Assembly (NCBI GenBank): GCA_965208905.1
Contig: OZ242365.1
Coordinates: forward strand, 352,001-416,000
Origin: Nitrosopumilaceae archaeon
GTDB taxonomy: Archaea; Thermoproteota; Nitrososphaeria; Nitrososphaerales; Nitrosopumilaceae
Direction of reading: 5' to 3'
Length of the DNA: 64,000 nt
Shown: piece after piece, positions 40,460 to 50,422 of the stretch
How positions within the stretch are numbered: the first letter of the stretch is position 1
Layout of the letters: each line of letters opens with the position of its first letter
The notes under the pieces: model-generated
What the model saw: the letters and a program-made list of their open reading frames with translations, nothing else
The model's database searches: none
Told to the model about the DNA's origin: nothing
Position numbers and translations under genes: made by a program

Positions 40460-41089
40460 ATGAGACTATTTGTTATTGTTGTATGCCTCATTACAGTCTC
40501 ATACTTTGGGATGGCACATGCACATACTCTTGATTCATACGACAAGTACAGGTTAGAGATTGGGTGGGAGAACACCCCTCCCTACTCAGGCGAGGTCAAT
40601 GCCATTCTAATATATGTGAGCCCACTAGTCGAGGGAATAGAGTTGGAGGAGCAACCCTTCAAAGATGGTATTACCGGCTTGGAAGATACACTTAGGATGG
40701 AGGTGCTAAATCGTGACTCCAGCATCACCTTACTTCTTACGCCTTCGGAAATAGATGGTCTATATCGTACATTTGTCAAAATAGACAAAGCTGGTTTCTA
40801 TCAAGTCAATCTGATTGGAGATATACAGGGTACGCCCATCAGCCTCTCCATGCACCCGCCCCAAGTCATGAGCTCAGAGGACATATCTTTCCCACCCAAT
40901 TATGATATCATTGGCATAGAGTTGCAAGAGCAGTTAGACGCACTAAACGCCACATATAGTGCCGAATTAGACTCTCTTCGTAGTAGTATGGAAGGGCATA
41001 ATGCTTCATTGTTGGCCGCTCAGATTCTGGGAGGTGCCGGTATAATAGTAGGTATAATATCTTTGGTTCGCAGCCGCAAAGGTGCATAA
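40460..41089 (+). CDS. Exported membrane-anchored hypothetical protein
   Basis: Signal peptide ending AHA-H, Ig-like middle, C-terminal TM. Confidence 0.72.
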   Translation: MRLFVIVVCLITVSYFGMAHAHTLDSYDKYRLEIGWENTPPYSGEVNAILIYVSPLVEGIELEEQPFKDGITGLEDTLRMEVLNRDSSITLLLTPSEIDGLYRTFVKIDKAGFYQVNLIGDIQGTPISLSMHPPQVMSSEDISFPPNYDIIGIELQEQLDALNATYSAELDSLRSSMEGHNASLLAAQILGGAGIIVGIISLVRSRKGA

Positions 41090-41428
41090 TGTCATGATTA
41101 GCAGTATTTGGTTGCGCAGGCAAATAGTAGAACCGGGAAGGGTATGCTGTATTATATTTGCAGGCATCATCTAAAACCGTTAATTGACTTCCAGTTTAGA
41201 GGTAAGATATCTGTTTAGCGCTCTAATATACACACGGCATGTGGTATGGCGGCGCAGAGCACAATGGCAGAACCATACACAAGGAGGCTGTACGTTATAT
41301 GTGATTTATTGTTGATATGTGCAAATTTTCAAAGTCGTAGAACATCAAAGGGTGATGGTATTTGAGATATTCGCTTGACTGTACCATTTTCCCAAATGAA
41401 CAAAAGGTCATATGGCATTGTGTAGACT

Positions 41429-42325
41429 CTATACGTCAATTACCAACAGGTCTTGAGCGGCAATCACTGAATCGTGTATGCGACAGGCCTCCTTTAGATG
41501 CGTATCAGCATCTTTGTATCTGGTAGAGAAGTGTGTAAGTATCAGATTTTTGACTTTGGCATCTTTAGCCAATGTTGCCGCTTCTTCTGATGTGGAGTGG
41601 CCTGTTTTAATGGCGCGTTGTGCCATATTACTGGCAAACGTAGAGTCAAATATTAGATAGTCACAGCCGGCAAAGAAGCGCCTCAGTTCAGGACTAGGCC
41701 TGGTATCTCCCGAATATCCTATCATCATACCAGGCCTAGATGGGCCTAGAACCTGTTCGGGCGTGACCTGGCCGCCCTGTATAGATATACTGTTGCCCTT
41801 TTGCAGTTCCCCCCACAAGATGCCCTCTGGTACTCCCAACTTGTGAGCTTTTTGTGTATCAAACCTGCCCGCTTTATCACGCTCTTTAAACAGATACGCA
41901 AGCGCCCGAATGCTATGATCTGCTACACAAGCATGTACTGCATATGATGCGGTCTCGCATATCTCGCCTTCAGTTATATCCTCAACAACGACCTCAAAGC
42001 GCGGCACAGTGCCCAACATACGCATATTCTCCTGAACAAACTTCTCTATACCTAGGGGTCCGTATATTGATAGTCTCTTGTCACGATCTTGTAAAGACAT
42101 GGTCTGTATCATGCCTAAAAGTCCCAGACAGTGATCTCCGTGCAGGTGGGATACAAATATGGACATTCTCTTATTCCAGCCCAAACCCGCTGTGCGATAA
42201 GATATCTGTGATCCCTCGCCAACATCAAACATCAATATCTCACCATCCCTCTGTACACATACACATGGGGAGGCGCGTTGCTCGGTAGGGACTGCAGCAG
42301 ATGTACCCAAAAATACAATCTTCAC
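41429..42325 (-). CDS. rnz: Ribonuclease Z
   Basis: FLGT, SHLHGDH, SGDTRP, GHST, THFS. Confidence 0.95.
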   Translation of the reverse strand: MKIVFLGTSAAVPTEQRASPCVCVQRDGEILMFDVGEGSQISYRTAGLGWNKRMSIFVSHLHGDHCLGLLGMIQTMSLQDRDKRLSIYGPLGIEKFVQENMRMLGTVPRFEVVVEDITEGEICETASYAVHACVADHSIRALAYLFKERDKAGRFDTQKAHKLGVPEGILWGELQKGNSISIQGGQVTPEQVLGPSRPGMMIGYSGDTRPSPELRRFFAGCDYLIFDSTFASNMAQRAIKTGHSTSEEAATLAKDAKVKNLILTHFSTRYKDADTHLKEACRIHDSVIAAQDLLVIDV

Positions 42326-42395
42326 TATAGTGTAACATTATATCCTGCTTATTATCGGCATCGGTTCGGATTCTTCTTACAGGGAACTGTCCCAT

Positions 42396-43718
42396 CTACA
42401 GCGCGTGTCCCAAGACAGCGCGTAGATTGACAGCCTGTTGTACAACAGGTGTTGGTGGCGAACCACCATCCAGAGGAGTTACATTGAGATGTTCTTTGTT
42501 GGTTGGATGTTGACACCCATCCTTTGGACAGCCTGTGCCGGCCATCACGTCATTAGCACTTGGAGGAATCATGCAAGTGCCAAGATGTATCTTTCCTCTC
42601 AAGACCATTCCAGCCTTGGCTTGCAGACTATATGCGGTCTGCGCGCGCTTGCTCCAAGATATTACATCTGGAACGTATAGTATATTGTACGCGGCATTGA
42701 TGTCCGCGTGCATTAATACACCACATGTATGGCACCAAAACCTACTGCTCTTGCGCGTTGTGTTCTTACCACCGCACATACAGCACTGTTGAGATGTACC
42801 ACATTGATTGGTTTCCACATATTCTATACTGTGTTGCAGGGAACTCTGCGCGATGTGGCTTCGCGCCTCACCACATTTGGACTGCCGCATTAGACGGTTC
42901 TTGTTTTTCTGACCCTTCCCTTTTGTGGTTATGGTTCTGAGGTTCATGCCCTCCATGATGATTTTGTCGCACTGCGCGAATAGTTTTTTGGCGAACTTGC
43001 GCAGCCTGTCCGTCTGCCTATTTCCCATCTTACGGTATATACATTGCAGTTGCGCATGCAGGTTGCGCCACTTGTGTGAATAAAGTCTGCAATGAGACAT
43101 CCTTTTCTGTATTCGCGCTATGTTCCGCATGGTATCTTTTTCACGAAGTGTCAGCATCGCAATACTCCCATCCGACTTTCCAACAATGAGTGTGTGCTTG
43201 CCACCCATGTCTATGCCCGCATGTACGCCGGTCGTCTTGCGCTTTGGGATGTGTTCACGTATAGTAATATGCAACTCGAACTGCCTCTCCTTATCACTGT
43301 GGTTTGTAACATCCACAAGCTTGTATAACTGGGATGTATTCGGGAGTGTGCCTTTCTGTAGTTTGAAGGGCTTGTCGCATTTTGGGAAATACACCGTATC
43401 ACCCTTGGACTTCTTACCCAACGGGACCGCGCTGTATAGTGGATATATCTTACGCTCGTACTTTACATGCGCACAACCTTTCATCTTATGACCTTCCCGT
43501 ATGGCGCCGTGAACCCAGGCCTGTGGTATACCCTGACACATGGTGGCTACTTTATTGGTGTCGAACACTGACAGACCGGCCCGACGCGCCTCAATCCCCG
43601 CATTGAGCCATATGTGTGATTCCGAATACATCGAGTCAAAATATCTGGTGAGTTTGGTTGATGTCTTGAGACGGTACCGCAGAGTCCTAACAACGTACTT
43701 TCCACCTTTATACTTCAT
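42396..43718 (-). CDS. tnpB: TnpB RNA-guided endonuclease (subfamily B)
   Basis: GIDMG, IMEGMNL, CCMCG...CHTC, HADINAAYNI. Confidence 0.9.
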   Translation of the reverse strand: MKYKGGKYVVRTLRYRLKTSTKLTRYFDSMYSESHIWLNAGIEARRAGLSVFDTNKVATMCQGIPQAWVHGAIREGHKMKGCAHVKYERKIYPLYSAVPLGKKSKGDTVYFPKCDKPFKLQKGTLPNTSQLYKLVDVTNHSDKERQFELHITIREHIPKRKTTGVHAGIDMGGKHTLIVGKSDGSIAMLTLREKDTMRNIARIQKRMSHCRLYSHKWRNLHAQLQCIYRKMGNRQTDRLRKFAKKLFAQCDKIIMEGMNLRTITTKGKGQKNKNRLMRQSKCGEARSHIAQSSLQHSIEYVETNQCGTSQQCCMCGGKNTTRKSSRFWCHTCGVLMHADINAAYNILYVPDVISWSKRAQTAYSLQAKAGMVLRGKIHLGTCMIPPSANDVMAGTGCPKDGCQHPTNKEHLNVTPLDGGSPPTPVVQQAVNLRAVLGHAL

Positions 43719-43786
43719 GTATTATTCACCACTCGGTGATATTTAAGCTTCTTGTTTGCCCAACATCTAAAGCAGGATGTCAATCT

Positions 43787-43820
43787 ACGCGCTGTTTTGG
43801 GACACGCGCTGTTTTGGGAC
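43787..43820 (+). repeat. Perfect 17-bp tandem repeat inside TIR (putative transposase-binding iterations)
   Basis: ACGCGCTGTTTTGGGAC x2; degenerate copies in the other B2/B3 ends. Confidence 0.85.
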
Positions 43821-43849
43821 AGTTCATCCTACAGACATACAAGGTATTC

Positions 43850-44220
43850 TAAACTCAAATCTGGTCGTATCAAGGTATAGCTGTAAGGTCTTGGAGTATA
43901 CTACTAAGAGTTTATGCGTAATTGCACAACTTGGCAGTATTGGATCATTAAATCGGTGGCGTACAGCCATTCGTCCCTGCCGCGGAGGGTGACCATTGTA
44001 TCGAACGCGTCCTTTTTGGTCGGCTTTATGTTTTCCCACAAGATTCCGTTAGAGTCCATCATGTTTACCAATCTTGCCGTTTTGTTCCGCTTGTCCTGGT
44101 CGGACTCAAAGTCGCGAAAAATGACCCCGCAGAACAACGTGCGGTACGAAAACCTCAAAGGTGTTGAATCGAGGGTGGTATAGCATGTGCTCTGCCTCCC
44201 GCGCTACATCTTCCTTCATC
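43850..44220 (-). pseudogene. Frameshifted probable PIN-domain gene remnant
   Basis: Joining three frames gives ...FEVFVPHVVL/GVIFRD...YATDLMI/LPSCAITH, resembling VapC-like motifs. Confidence 0.35.
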
Positions 44221-44305
44221 CTGTGCCAAAGTCTGGCAGGTACTAAGAGATGATCTGTTATGTACGACCTGCTAACTTAATATTGGGAGCGGCGATGAAA
44301 AAGTC

Positions 44306-44977
44306 TTGATGAGTACAAATAATCCGAGGCTGGTACTGGTGGACTTTACTGCTAGACTGCCAGATGGTTCTGTAATCGACACCACACAGAGTGATCACAG
44401 CACAGATATACCCACTAAACCTCTAAGGCCAAGATTAGTATCTTTAGGGCACCCATCATTTGTAGTAGTCAAGGGTTTAGAAAGGGCACTCGAAGATGCC
44501 GAATTAAACGTACCACAAACCATAGAGGTGGAACCAAAGGATGCCTATGGTGAATGGAATCGTAAGTTGCTGCGGATGGTGACCGCCAGAAAACTAGAGG
44601 ATCCAGAAAAATCTGCCGTAGGGGATGAAATAAAGATTAACGGTAGAACAGGATTCATTAAATTTATGAGTTCTGGGAGAGTCCAGGTAGACTACAATCA
44701 CAGGTATGCAGGTAAAAAGATACGATATGACTTTACTGTTACCGACCTTTTGGATGCCGATAAGGCAAAGGTAGAAGCCATCTTGGAAGAGGCTGGTTTT
44801 GGCGATGAGCCCAACTACCAACTTGATGAGGGTTCACTGGAGATATCAATACCAAACGATATGCTTAAGGACGAAAAATTTCAGAACAGGATATTCCAGC
44901 TTCAAATGAACATATTCCGTTTTGTATCAGATCTCAAAGACATACGATTCACAATAGAGTTTACAGCGCCAGCTTAG
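44306..44977 (+). CDS. FKBP-type PPIase (archaeal long type, SlyD-like)
   Basis: VIDTT, KGLERAL, PKDAYGE, VDYNHRYAGK. Confidence 0.88.
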   Translation: MMSTNNPRLVLVDFTARLPDGSVIDTTQSDHSTDIPTKPLRPRLVSLGHPSFVVVKGLERALEDAELNVPQTIEVEPKDAYGEWNRKLLRMVTARKLEDPEKSAVGDEIKINGRTGFIKFMSSGRVQVDYNHRYAGKKIRYDFTVTDLLDADKAKVEAILEEAGFGDEPNYQLDEGSLEISIPNDMLKDEKFQNRIFQLQMNIFRFVSDLKDIRFTIEFTAPA

Positions 44978-46029
44978 ATTATGCCGCTCTCCAGAGCCAG
45001 TCTCTTGGCGGAGGATGCATCTAGTGATACCTCTTTTAGTATCGTGTAGCGCTCTGGCCGTAGGCTCTGGGCCATGCATAGTGCCTGGACAACATCCTCA
45101 TCAGAGAGCCCTATGTCGGCAGCAGTTGTGGGGGCGCCCACATTCTTAAGGGCAGTAGTTATACTCTGATGGTCCAAGCCATGTAGTTTGGCCATTACTA
45201 TAGAGCCAATTCCGCACTTTTCACCGTGCAGTCCCTTCCCTGGAGTTATCTTGTCCAGTGCATGTGAGAAGAGATGCTCAGCTCCCGAACACGGTCGGCT
45301 ACTACCGGCTATACATGATGCCACACCCGCACTGATCAAAGCTTCCACAATAAGACGTACTTCTGGGCCCTTCTCGGCAAAGGTGGCCGCATTCTCCATA
45401 ATCATGTTGGCGCTCATCATGGCCAAGCTGGCAGAGTATCTCCCATAGTACTCGCCGGTTTTTTCGTGAGATAGTTGCCAGTCCTGGACGGCTATTATAT
45501 TAGCCACCAAATCACCACAGCCACTGGCCAGTAATTTGGCAGGGGCGCTCTTTATGATATCCAAATCAACAAACACTCCCAAAGGCGACCTCGCCACTCT
45601 AGAGTGGGGACGATCTCCCTTTACAGACACAAAGGGGCTGGCCATACCATCATGTGAGGCTGCCGTAGGAACACTGACGTATGGTCTATCCAGACTGGTA
45701 GCGGTCATCTTTGCGATATCAACGGACCTGCCTCCGCCTATACCCACCACAACATCTGGTCTATCCTGCGTGATGGCGCTCTTGGCCATCGTAAATGACA
45801 CAGTATTGTTGTCCTGAAAGATATGCCATGTGTATCTTATATTTGCCGCCTCCAGTGAGGCCTCAATTATACTACCTAGAACTCTTTTGACGTTCGCCCC
45901 AGAGACCAACGATGCGCAGCCGCCCTTTATCAAATGTATTAAAAAGTCTCCTATCTCTTGTATGTTATTCTCGCCTATAACTATACGGCGGGGCAGCTCC
46001 ATAATATGAGGGGCATTTGACACCAACAT
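44974..46029 (-). CDS. egsA: sn-glycerol-1-phosphate dehydrogenase
   Basis: GGGRSVD, PTAASHDG, SRPCSGAEHLFSHALD, HGE. Confidence 0.95.
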   Translation of the reverse strand: MLVSNAPHIMELPRRIVIGENNIQEIGDFLIHLIKGGCASLVSGANVKRVLGSIIEASLEAANIRYTWHIFQDNNTVSFTMAKSAITQDRPDVVVGIGGGRSVDIAKMTATSLDRPYVSVPTAASHDGMASPFVSVKGDRPHSRVARSPLGVFVDLDIIKSAPAKLLASGCGDLVANIIAVQDWQLSHEKTGEYYGRYSASLAMMSANMIMENAATFAEKGPEVRLIVEALISAGVASCIAGSSRPCSGAEHLFSHALDKITPGKGLHGEKCGIGSIVMAKLHGLDHQSITTALKNVGAPTTAADIGLSDEDVVQALCMAQSLRPERYTILKEVSLDASSAKRLALESGII

Positions 46030-46090
46030 ACATCAGAATTATAAAGTTATTTAAAAGGGTGCCATACTAACAGAGTTACAAGGTGAACTT

Positions 46091-46720
46091 TTGGAGATCA
46101 TACAGGATAAAATTCTACATGGGACAACTACAGTTGGCATAAAGGCCGATGAAGGTGTGGTGCTATGCGCCGATATGCGAGCCAGCGCTGGATACTTTAT
46201 CGCCAACAACAACACAATGAAGATACAAAAGATAGACCATCATGCCGGTCTCACATTGGCCGGCGGTGTAGCTGACGCTCAAAATATAGTAGACATCCTT
46301 CGGTATCACGCAAACTTACACCGTCTAACAAATAATATCCCCATACCAATCAGATCATTGGCCCGTCTTACATCCCTACTGTTTCATAGAAATCGTGGAT
46401 ACCCGTTTATCGCGGATATTCTAGTGGGTGGATATGATAGTGACGGAGCTGCCTTATTCAATATAGACATGTTCGGCTCCGTAGAGGAGAAGCCATTTGT
46501 CACCACAGGAAGTGGTTCGCCGGTTGCCTATGGTGTTCTTGAGAACGAGTATACGGACAATTTGACCATACAAGATGCCAAAAGAGTTGCGTTGCAAGCA
46601 GTCAAGGCGGCCATAGTCAGGAATATTGGTACCGGAGATGGCATCAACATTGCCATTATAGATAAAGATGGATTCCGTCTACTAACCGAAGAACGGAAGA
46701 AGGCCATAATCAACCTCTAG
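46091..46720 (+). CDS. psmB: Proteasome beta subunit
   Basis: HGTTTVG, AGGVADAQ, TGSGS. Confidence 0.95.
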   Translation: MEIIQDKILHGTTTVGIKADEGVVLCADMRASAGYFIANNNTMKIQKIDHHAGLTLAGGVADAQNIVDILRYHANLHRLTNNIPIPIRSLARLTSLLFHRNRGYPFIADILVGGYDSDGAALFNIDMFGSVEEKPFVTTGSGSPVAYGVLENEYTDNLTIQDAKRVALQAVKAAIVRNIGTGDGINIAIIDKDGFRLLTEERKKAIINL

Positions 46721-46727
46721 AGGTACA

Positions 46728-48656
46728 ATGTCCAAAAAGAGTGATAGGGATAATCCCAATCAAAACATAATTGCAACCATACTTCAAAAGATACCACCGG
46801 GTTCCCAGATAACAAAGATTGAGTATGAAGGGCCCCGCATAGCCATATACACCACATCCCCAAAGTTCCTATTAGAGAGAAACAAGACATTATCGAATTT
46901 AGTAAGCACCATAAAGAAGAGAATAGTAGTACGGACAGACCAATCCATACGCAAGCCCGAAGCAGAGGCCAAAAAGATTTTGACAAAACTTGTACCCAAA
47001 GATGCAAAACTGCAAGGTGCCTTCTTTGATGATACCATAGGCGAAGTAACTATAGAGGTCAAGCGTCCATGGCTCTTGCAGAAGAACCCAGAATTTTTAC
47101 ATAATGATGTTGTAGAGCAGTTGGGGTGGCGTATCCGTGTGCGAAAAGCCACAACTACATCCTCATCTACCATTCAGACCATAAACTATATGCTAAAAGT
47201 TTCGACGCAGGAACGCTCAAAGCAGCTCCGCCAGATTGGTGATGACATATTTCGGCCCAAGATAGCACCAAAGTCCGAAGTGTCGCTACTGACATTGGGC
47301 GGATTCGGACAGGTGGGCCGCTCGTGCATGTTGCTGACTACGCCTGAGAGTCGCATTCTGCTGGACTGTGGTGTCAATCCTGGAGCACGCACCGCCAGTG
47401 AGGCATACCCTCGTCTGGACTGGGCAAATATCGCACTATCAGATATAGATGCCGTGGTGATAGGGCATGCGCATCTGGATCATACTGGTTTTCTGCCGGT
47501 GTTGTGTAAATACGGGTATGGAGGTCCCATATACTGTACGGAACCCACACTCCCCATGATGAATCTTATACAGTTGGATGCCATAAAGGTGGCTAGCGCG
47601 CAAGGTAGAATACCATTATACTCAGAGCGGGATGTAAAACAGGTGATGAAGCAGTCCATCACACTTTCGTATAATATGGTTACCGACATATCACCAGATA
47701 TAAAGTTGGTATTGGCCAATGCAGGCCACATATTGGGCTCGGCATTGTGCCACTTTCACATAGGTAATGGGGATCATAACTTTGTATACTCGGGCGATAT
47801 AAAATTTGGTAAGAGTATTCTGTTTGAGGCGGCAGACTGGCGCTTCCCCCGGGTGGAGACGCTGCTTATAGAGAGTACATACGGTCTAAAAGAGGACATA
47901 CAACCCAATCGTCAAGAGGTGGAGTCGGCATTCGTCAATGTGGTAAACCAGACTCTGGCCGATGGTGGCAAAGTACTCATACCCATACCCGCTGTAGGGC
48001 GTGCGCAAGAGATAATGATGGTAATTGATCATTACATGAAGGCCGGCAAGATGGTCGAGGCTCCGGTCTTTACGGAAGGCATGATATCTGAGGCATCAGC
48101 CATACATGAGTCATATCCGGAGTATTTGGCCCGAGAACTACGCCAAAAGATACTAGAGACTGATGATAACCCCTTTGACTCAGAGTACTTTACCAATATA
48201 GAACATACTAGTTCTCGGGGCGAGGCCCTGCGTGAAGACTCACCGGGAATAGTTTTGGCCACATCAGGAATGTTGGAGGGCGGTCCTGTTCTGGAGTACT
48301 TTAAGAATATAGCTCCCCACAAACAGAACAAGATATTGTTTGTATCATATCAGGTGAACGGCACAATGGGTAGACGCGTTCTAGATGGCGCACACCAAGT
48401 CTCAATGTTGGGCAGAGGAGGAAAGGTTGAGGCTGTAACCATAAACGCAGGTATAGAGAAGTTGGATGGTTTCAGCGGCCACAGTGACTACAACCAACTA
48501 ATGTCATTTGTACATAGGCTACGGCCAAAACTCAAGCGTGTATTAGTAAATCATGGTGAGAGGCGAAAGTCTGAAAACCTGGCAGCGAACATTCGGCGCA
48601 TGTATAGACTGCATGCGCACAACCCTCAGATACAAGAGGCAATAAAATTATTTTAA
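46728..48656 (+). CDS. fttA: beta-CASP ribonuclease aCPSF1 / transcription termination factor FttA
   Basis: KH domains (EYEGP), HAHLDH, AGHILGS, FSGHSD; follows psmB. Confidence 0.95.
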   Translation: MSKKSDRDNPNQNIIATILQKIPPGSQITKIEYEGPRIAIYTTSPKFLLERNKTLSNLVSTIKKRIVVRTDQSIRKPEAEAKKILTKLVPKDAKLQGAFFDDTIGEVTIEVKRPWLLQKNPEFLHNDVVEQLGWRIRVRKATTTSSSTIQTINYMLKVSTQERSKQLRQIGDDIFRPKIAPKSEVSLLTLGGFGQVGRSCMLLTTPESRILLDCGVNPGARTASEAYPRLDWANIALSDIDAVVIGHAHLDHTGFLPVLCKYGYGGPIYCTEPTLPMMNLIQLDAIKVASAQGRIPLYSERDVKQVMKQSITLSYNMVTDISPDIKLVLANAGHILGSALCHFHIGNGDHNFVYSGDIKFGKSILFEAADWRFPRVETLLIESTYGLKEDIQPNRQEVESAFVNVVNQTLADGGKVLIPIPAVGRAQEIMMVIDHYMKAGKMVEAPVFTEGMISEASAIHESYPEYLARELRQKILETDDNPFDSEYFTNIEHTSSRGEALREDSPGIVLATSGMLEGGPVLEYFKNIAPHKQNKILFVSYQVNGTMGRRVLDGAHQVSMLGRGGKVEAVTINAGIEKLDGFSGHSDYNQLMSFVHRLRPKLKRVLVNHGERRKSENLAANIRRMYRLHAHNPQIQEAIKLF

Positions 48657-48923
48657 TCCGTATTCAGGCTTCCATATACGCACATCTTTGGGTGCAATTA
48701 TAATTCTCTCATCACCTAGACGAGCAATCTCGGCATCCTCCTTCCTTGTAATTGCGTATAACTCTTCCACCATGCTTCGCAGCTCCTGAACATCTTTCTG
48801 TGACATGGGCCCGACACGTATTATGAGAATCAGGCCGTTTTGGATATCCTTCTTTATGATGTCAATATCAGTATGATCATGTACAGTAAAGGCTTTCAGG
48901 TATAATGGTTTTGTTGGGGCCAT
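48648..48923 (-). CDS. sepF: Cell division protein SepF
   Basis: IARLGDERIIIAP. Confidence 0.8.
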   Translation of the reverse strand: MAPTKPLYLKAFTVHDHTDIDIIKKDIQNGLILIIRVGPMSQKDVQELRSMVEELYAITRKEDAEIARLGDERIIIAPKDVRIWKPEYGLK

Positions 48924-49062
48924 GGTATATTATAATTCTTGTGACAAAAAAATCTTGTGGATCGTTGTTGCTTAGAAAAATTAGACTATAGCACACAATA
49001 CCACTACTGTGGGGCTACATTCACAAGATGGTTATAAATTGGGAGGAAAAAACCATAATACC

Positions 49063-50376
49063 ATGTCTGTAAAAGAGTCGTATAGTGATATTTTTGAAAA
49101 ACTAGAGAGGCACCATAAATGGTTCAACGAGTCTTTGCCTCTTATAGCCAGTGAGAATATACCCAGTCCGGCAGTTCGGGAGGTGTTGGTTTCAGACTTT
49201 GGAAATAGGTATGCCGAGGGGTGGCCCGGTGAGCGAGTTTATGCAGGGTGTACCTACATAGATGAGGTTGAAGTAATATGCATGCGGCTGGCCCAAAAGT
49301 TATACAACGCGGAGTTTGCCGATGTACGGCCGCCATCCGGCGTACTAGCCAATCTGGCCATATATTCAGCGTTTGCACAGCCGCATGATATTATGATGGC
49401 GCCATCCATACCGGCCGGAGGACACATCTCCCATGGCAAGCGCGAGCACGCAGGGACTGCAGGGTTGGTACATGGACTTGATGTGGAGTTCTATTCCTTT
49501 GATGCCACACAGATGAATATTGATGTTGATAAGACAAAGCAGAAGGTACGACAGATGGTACAAGATGGCAGAACCCCCAAGATGGCCATGTTTGGCGGCT
49601 CACTCTTTCTGTTCCCTCATCCCGTAAAAGAGCTGGCAGACTTTCTAAAAGGGTATGATATTCACATAAACTATGATGCAGCCCATGTGGCGGGCCTCAT
49701 CGCCGGGGGTGTATTTCAAGACCCTCTAAGAGAGGGAGTAGACACCATGACCATGAGTACACACAAGACACTCTTTGGACCTCAGGGAGGGCTGATATTG
49801 GGGTTCGAGAGGCACATGGAGGATATAAAAAAATCGGTATTCCCGGGCACGACTAGCAGCCATCACATACATCACATGGCAGCTAAGGCCGTTGCATTTG
49901 CTGAAATGTTAGAGTTTGGTGTGTCATACGCACAACAGGTGGTTGCAAACGCAAAGGCATTGGCAGAGTCTTTGAGCGATATGGGATTCAAGGTGCTGGG
50001 CGAAGATAACGGATTTACCAAGTCGCACCAGGTGGCAGTCAACGTTTTGGATTATTCGGACGGGGGCAATGTGGAGGCGGACTTGGAGAAGGCCAACATT
50101 ATAGTGAATCGGCAGTTGATACCTGGTGATATAAAGGCGGGCCGAAACTACTTTCATCCGGGCGGTATACGTCTAGGTGTTTCTGAAATTACAAGGTTAG
50201 GTATGAAGGAATCTGCCATGAAGGAGGTGGCCAATTATATCAAACAGGTAATAATAGACAAAAAGAATGCCGATACAATAAAGGATAGTGTTAGGTTATT
50301 CCGGCAGGACTACCAAAACGTGCAGTATTGTTTTGATGGGAAGCTTGGCGCCTACGAGTACATCAAACTGCGATGA
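49063..50376 (+). CDS. glyA: Serine hydroxymethyltransferase
   Basis: LIASEN, YAEGWPG, GGHISH, STHKT, GIRLG. Confidence 0.96.
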   Translation: MSVKESYSDIFEKLERHHKWFNESLPLIASENIPSPAVREVLVSDFGNRYAEGWPGERVYAGCTYIDEVEVICMRLAQKLYNAEFADVRPPSGVLANLAIYSAFAQPHDIMMAPSIPAGGHISHGKREHAGTAGLVHGLDVEFYSFDATQMNIDVDKTKQKVRQMVQDGRTPKMAMFGGSLFLFPHPVKELADFLKGYDIHINYDAAHVAGLIAGGVFQDPLREGVDTMTMSTHKTLFGPQGGLILGFERHMEDIKKSVFPGTTSSHHIHHMAAKAVAFAEMLEFGVSYAQQVVANAKALAESLSDMGFKVLGEDNGFTKSHQVAVNVLDYSDGGNVEADLEKANIIVNRQLIPGDIKAGRNYFHPGGIRLGVSEITRLGMKESAMKEVANYIKQVIIDKKNADTIKDSVRLFRQDYQNVQYCFDGKLGAYEYIKLR

Positions 50377-50422
50377 TTACACTATATCTATTGGTCCTTT
50401 CAAAATTCGACGATATATCATA

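Larger units (their letters stand above)
42383..43826 (-). mobile_element. Non-autonomous TIR element carrying tnpB (element B2)
   Basis: ~55-bp imperfect TIR (G/T)GAACTGTCCCA... at 42383-42437 and 43773-43826. 8-bp direct repeat TCTTACAG (42375-42382) / TCCTACAG (43827-43834). Confidence 0.88.

Noticed and set aside
41090-41428. 340-bp ORF-less gap as a possible decayed element
   Set aside because: No TIR, repeat or convincing protein motif could be found by eye.
42-50422. A shared TAM upstream of the tnpB elements
   Set aside because: Sequences 5' of the TSD position in tnpB orientation (..TAGTA, ..ACAGG, ..TATGT, ..ACGAT) show no convincing consensus from four sites.
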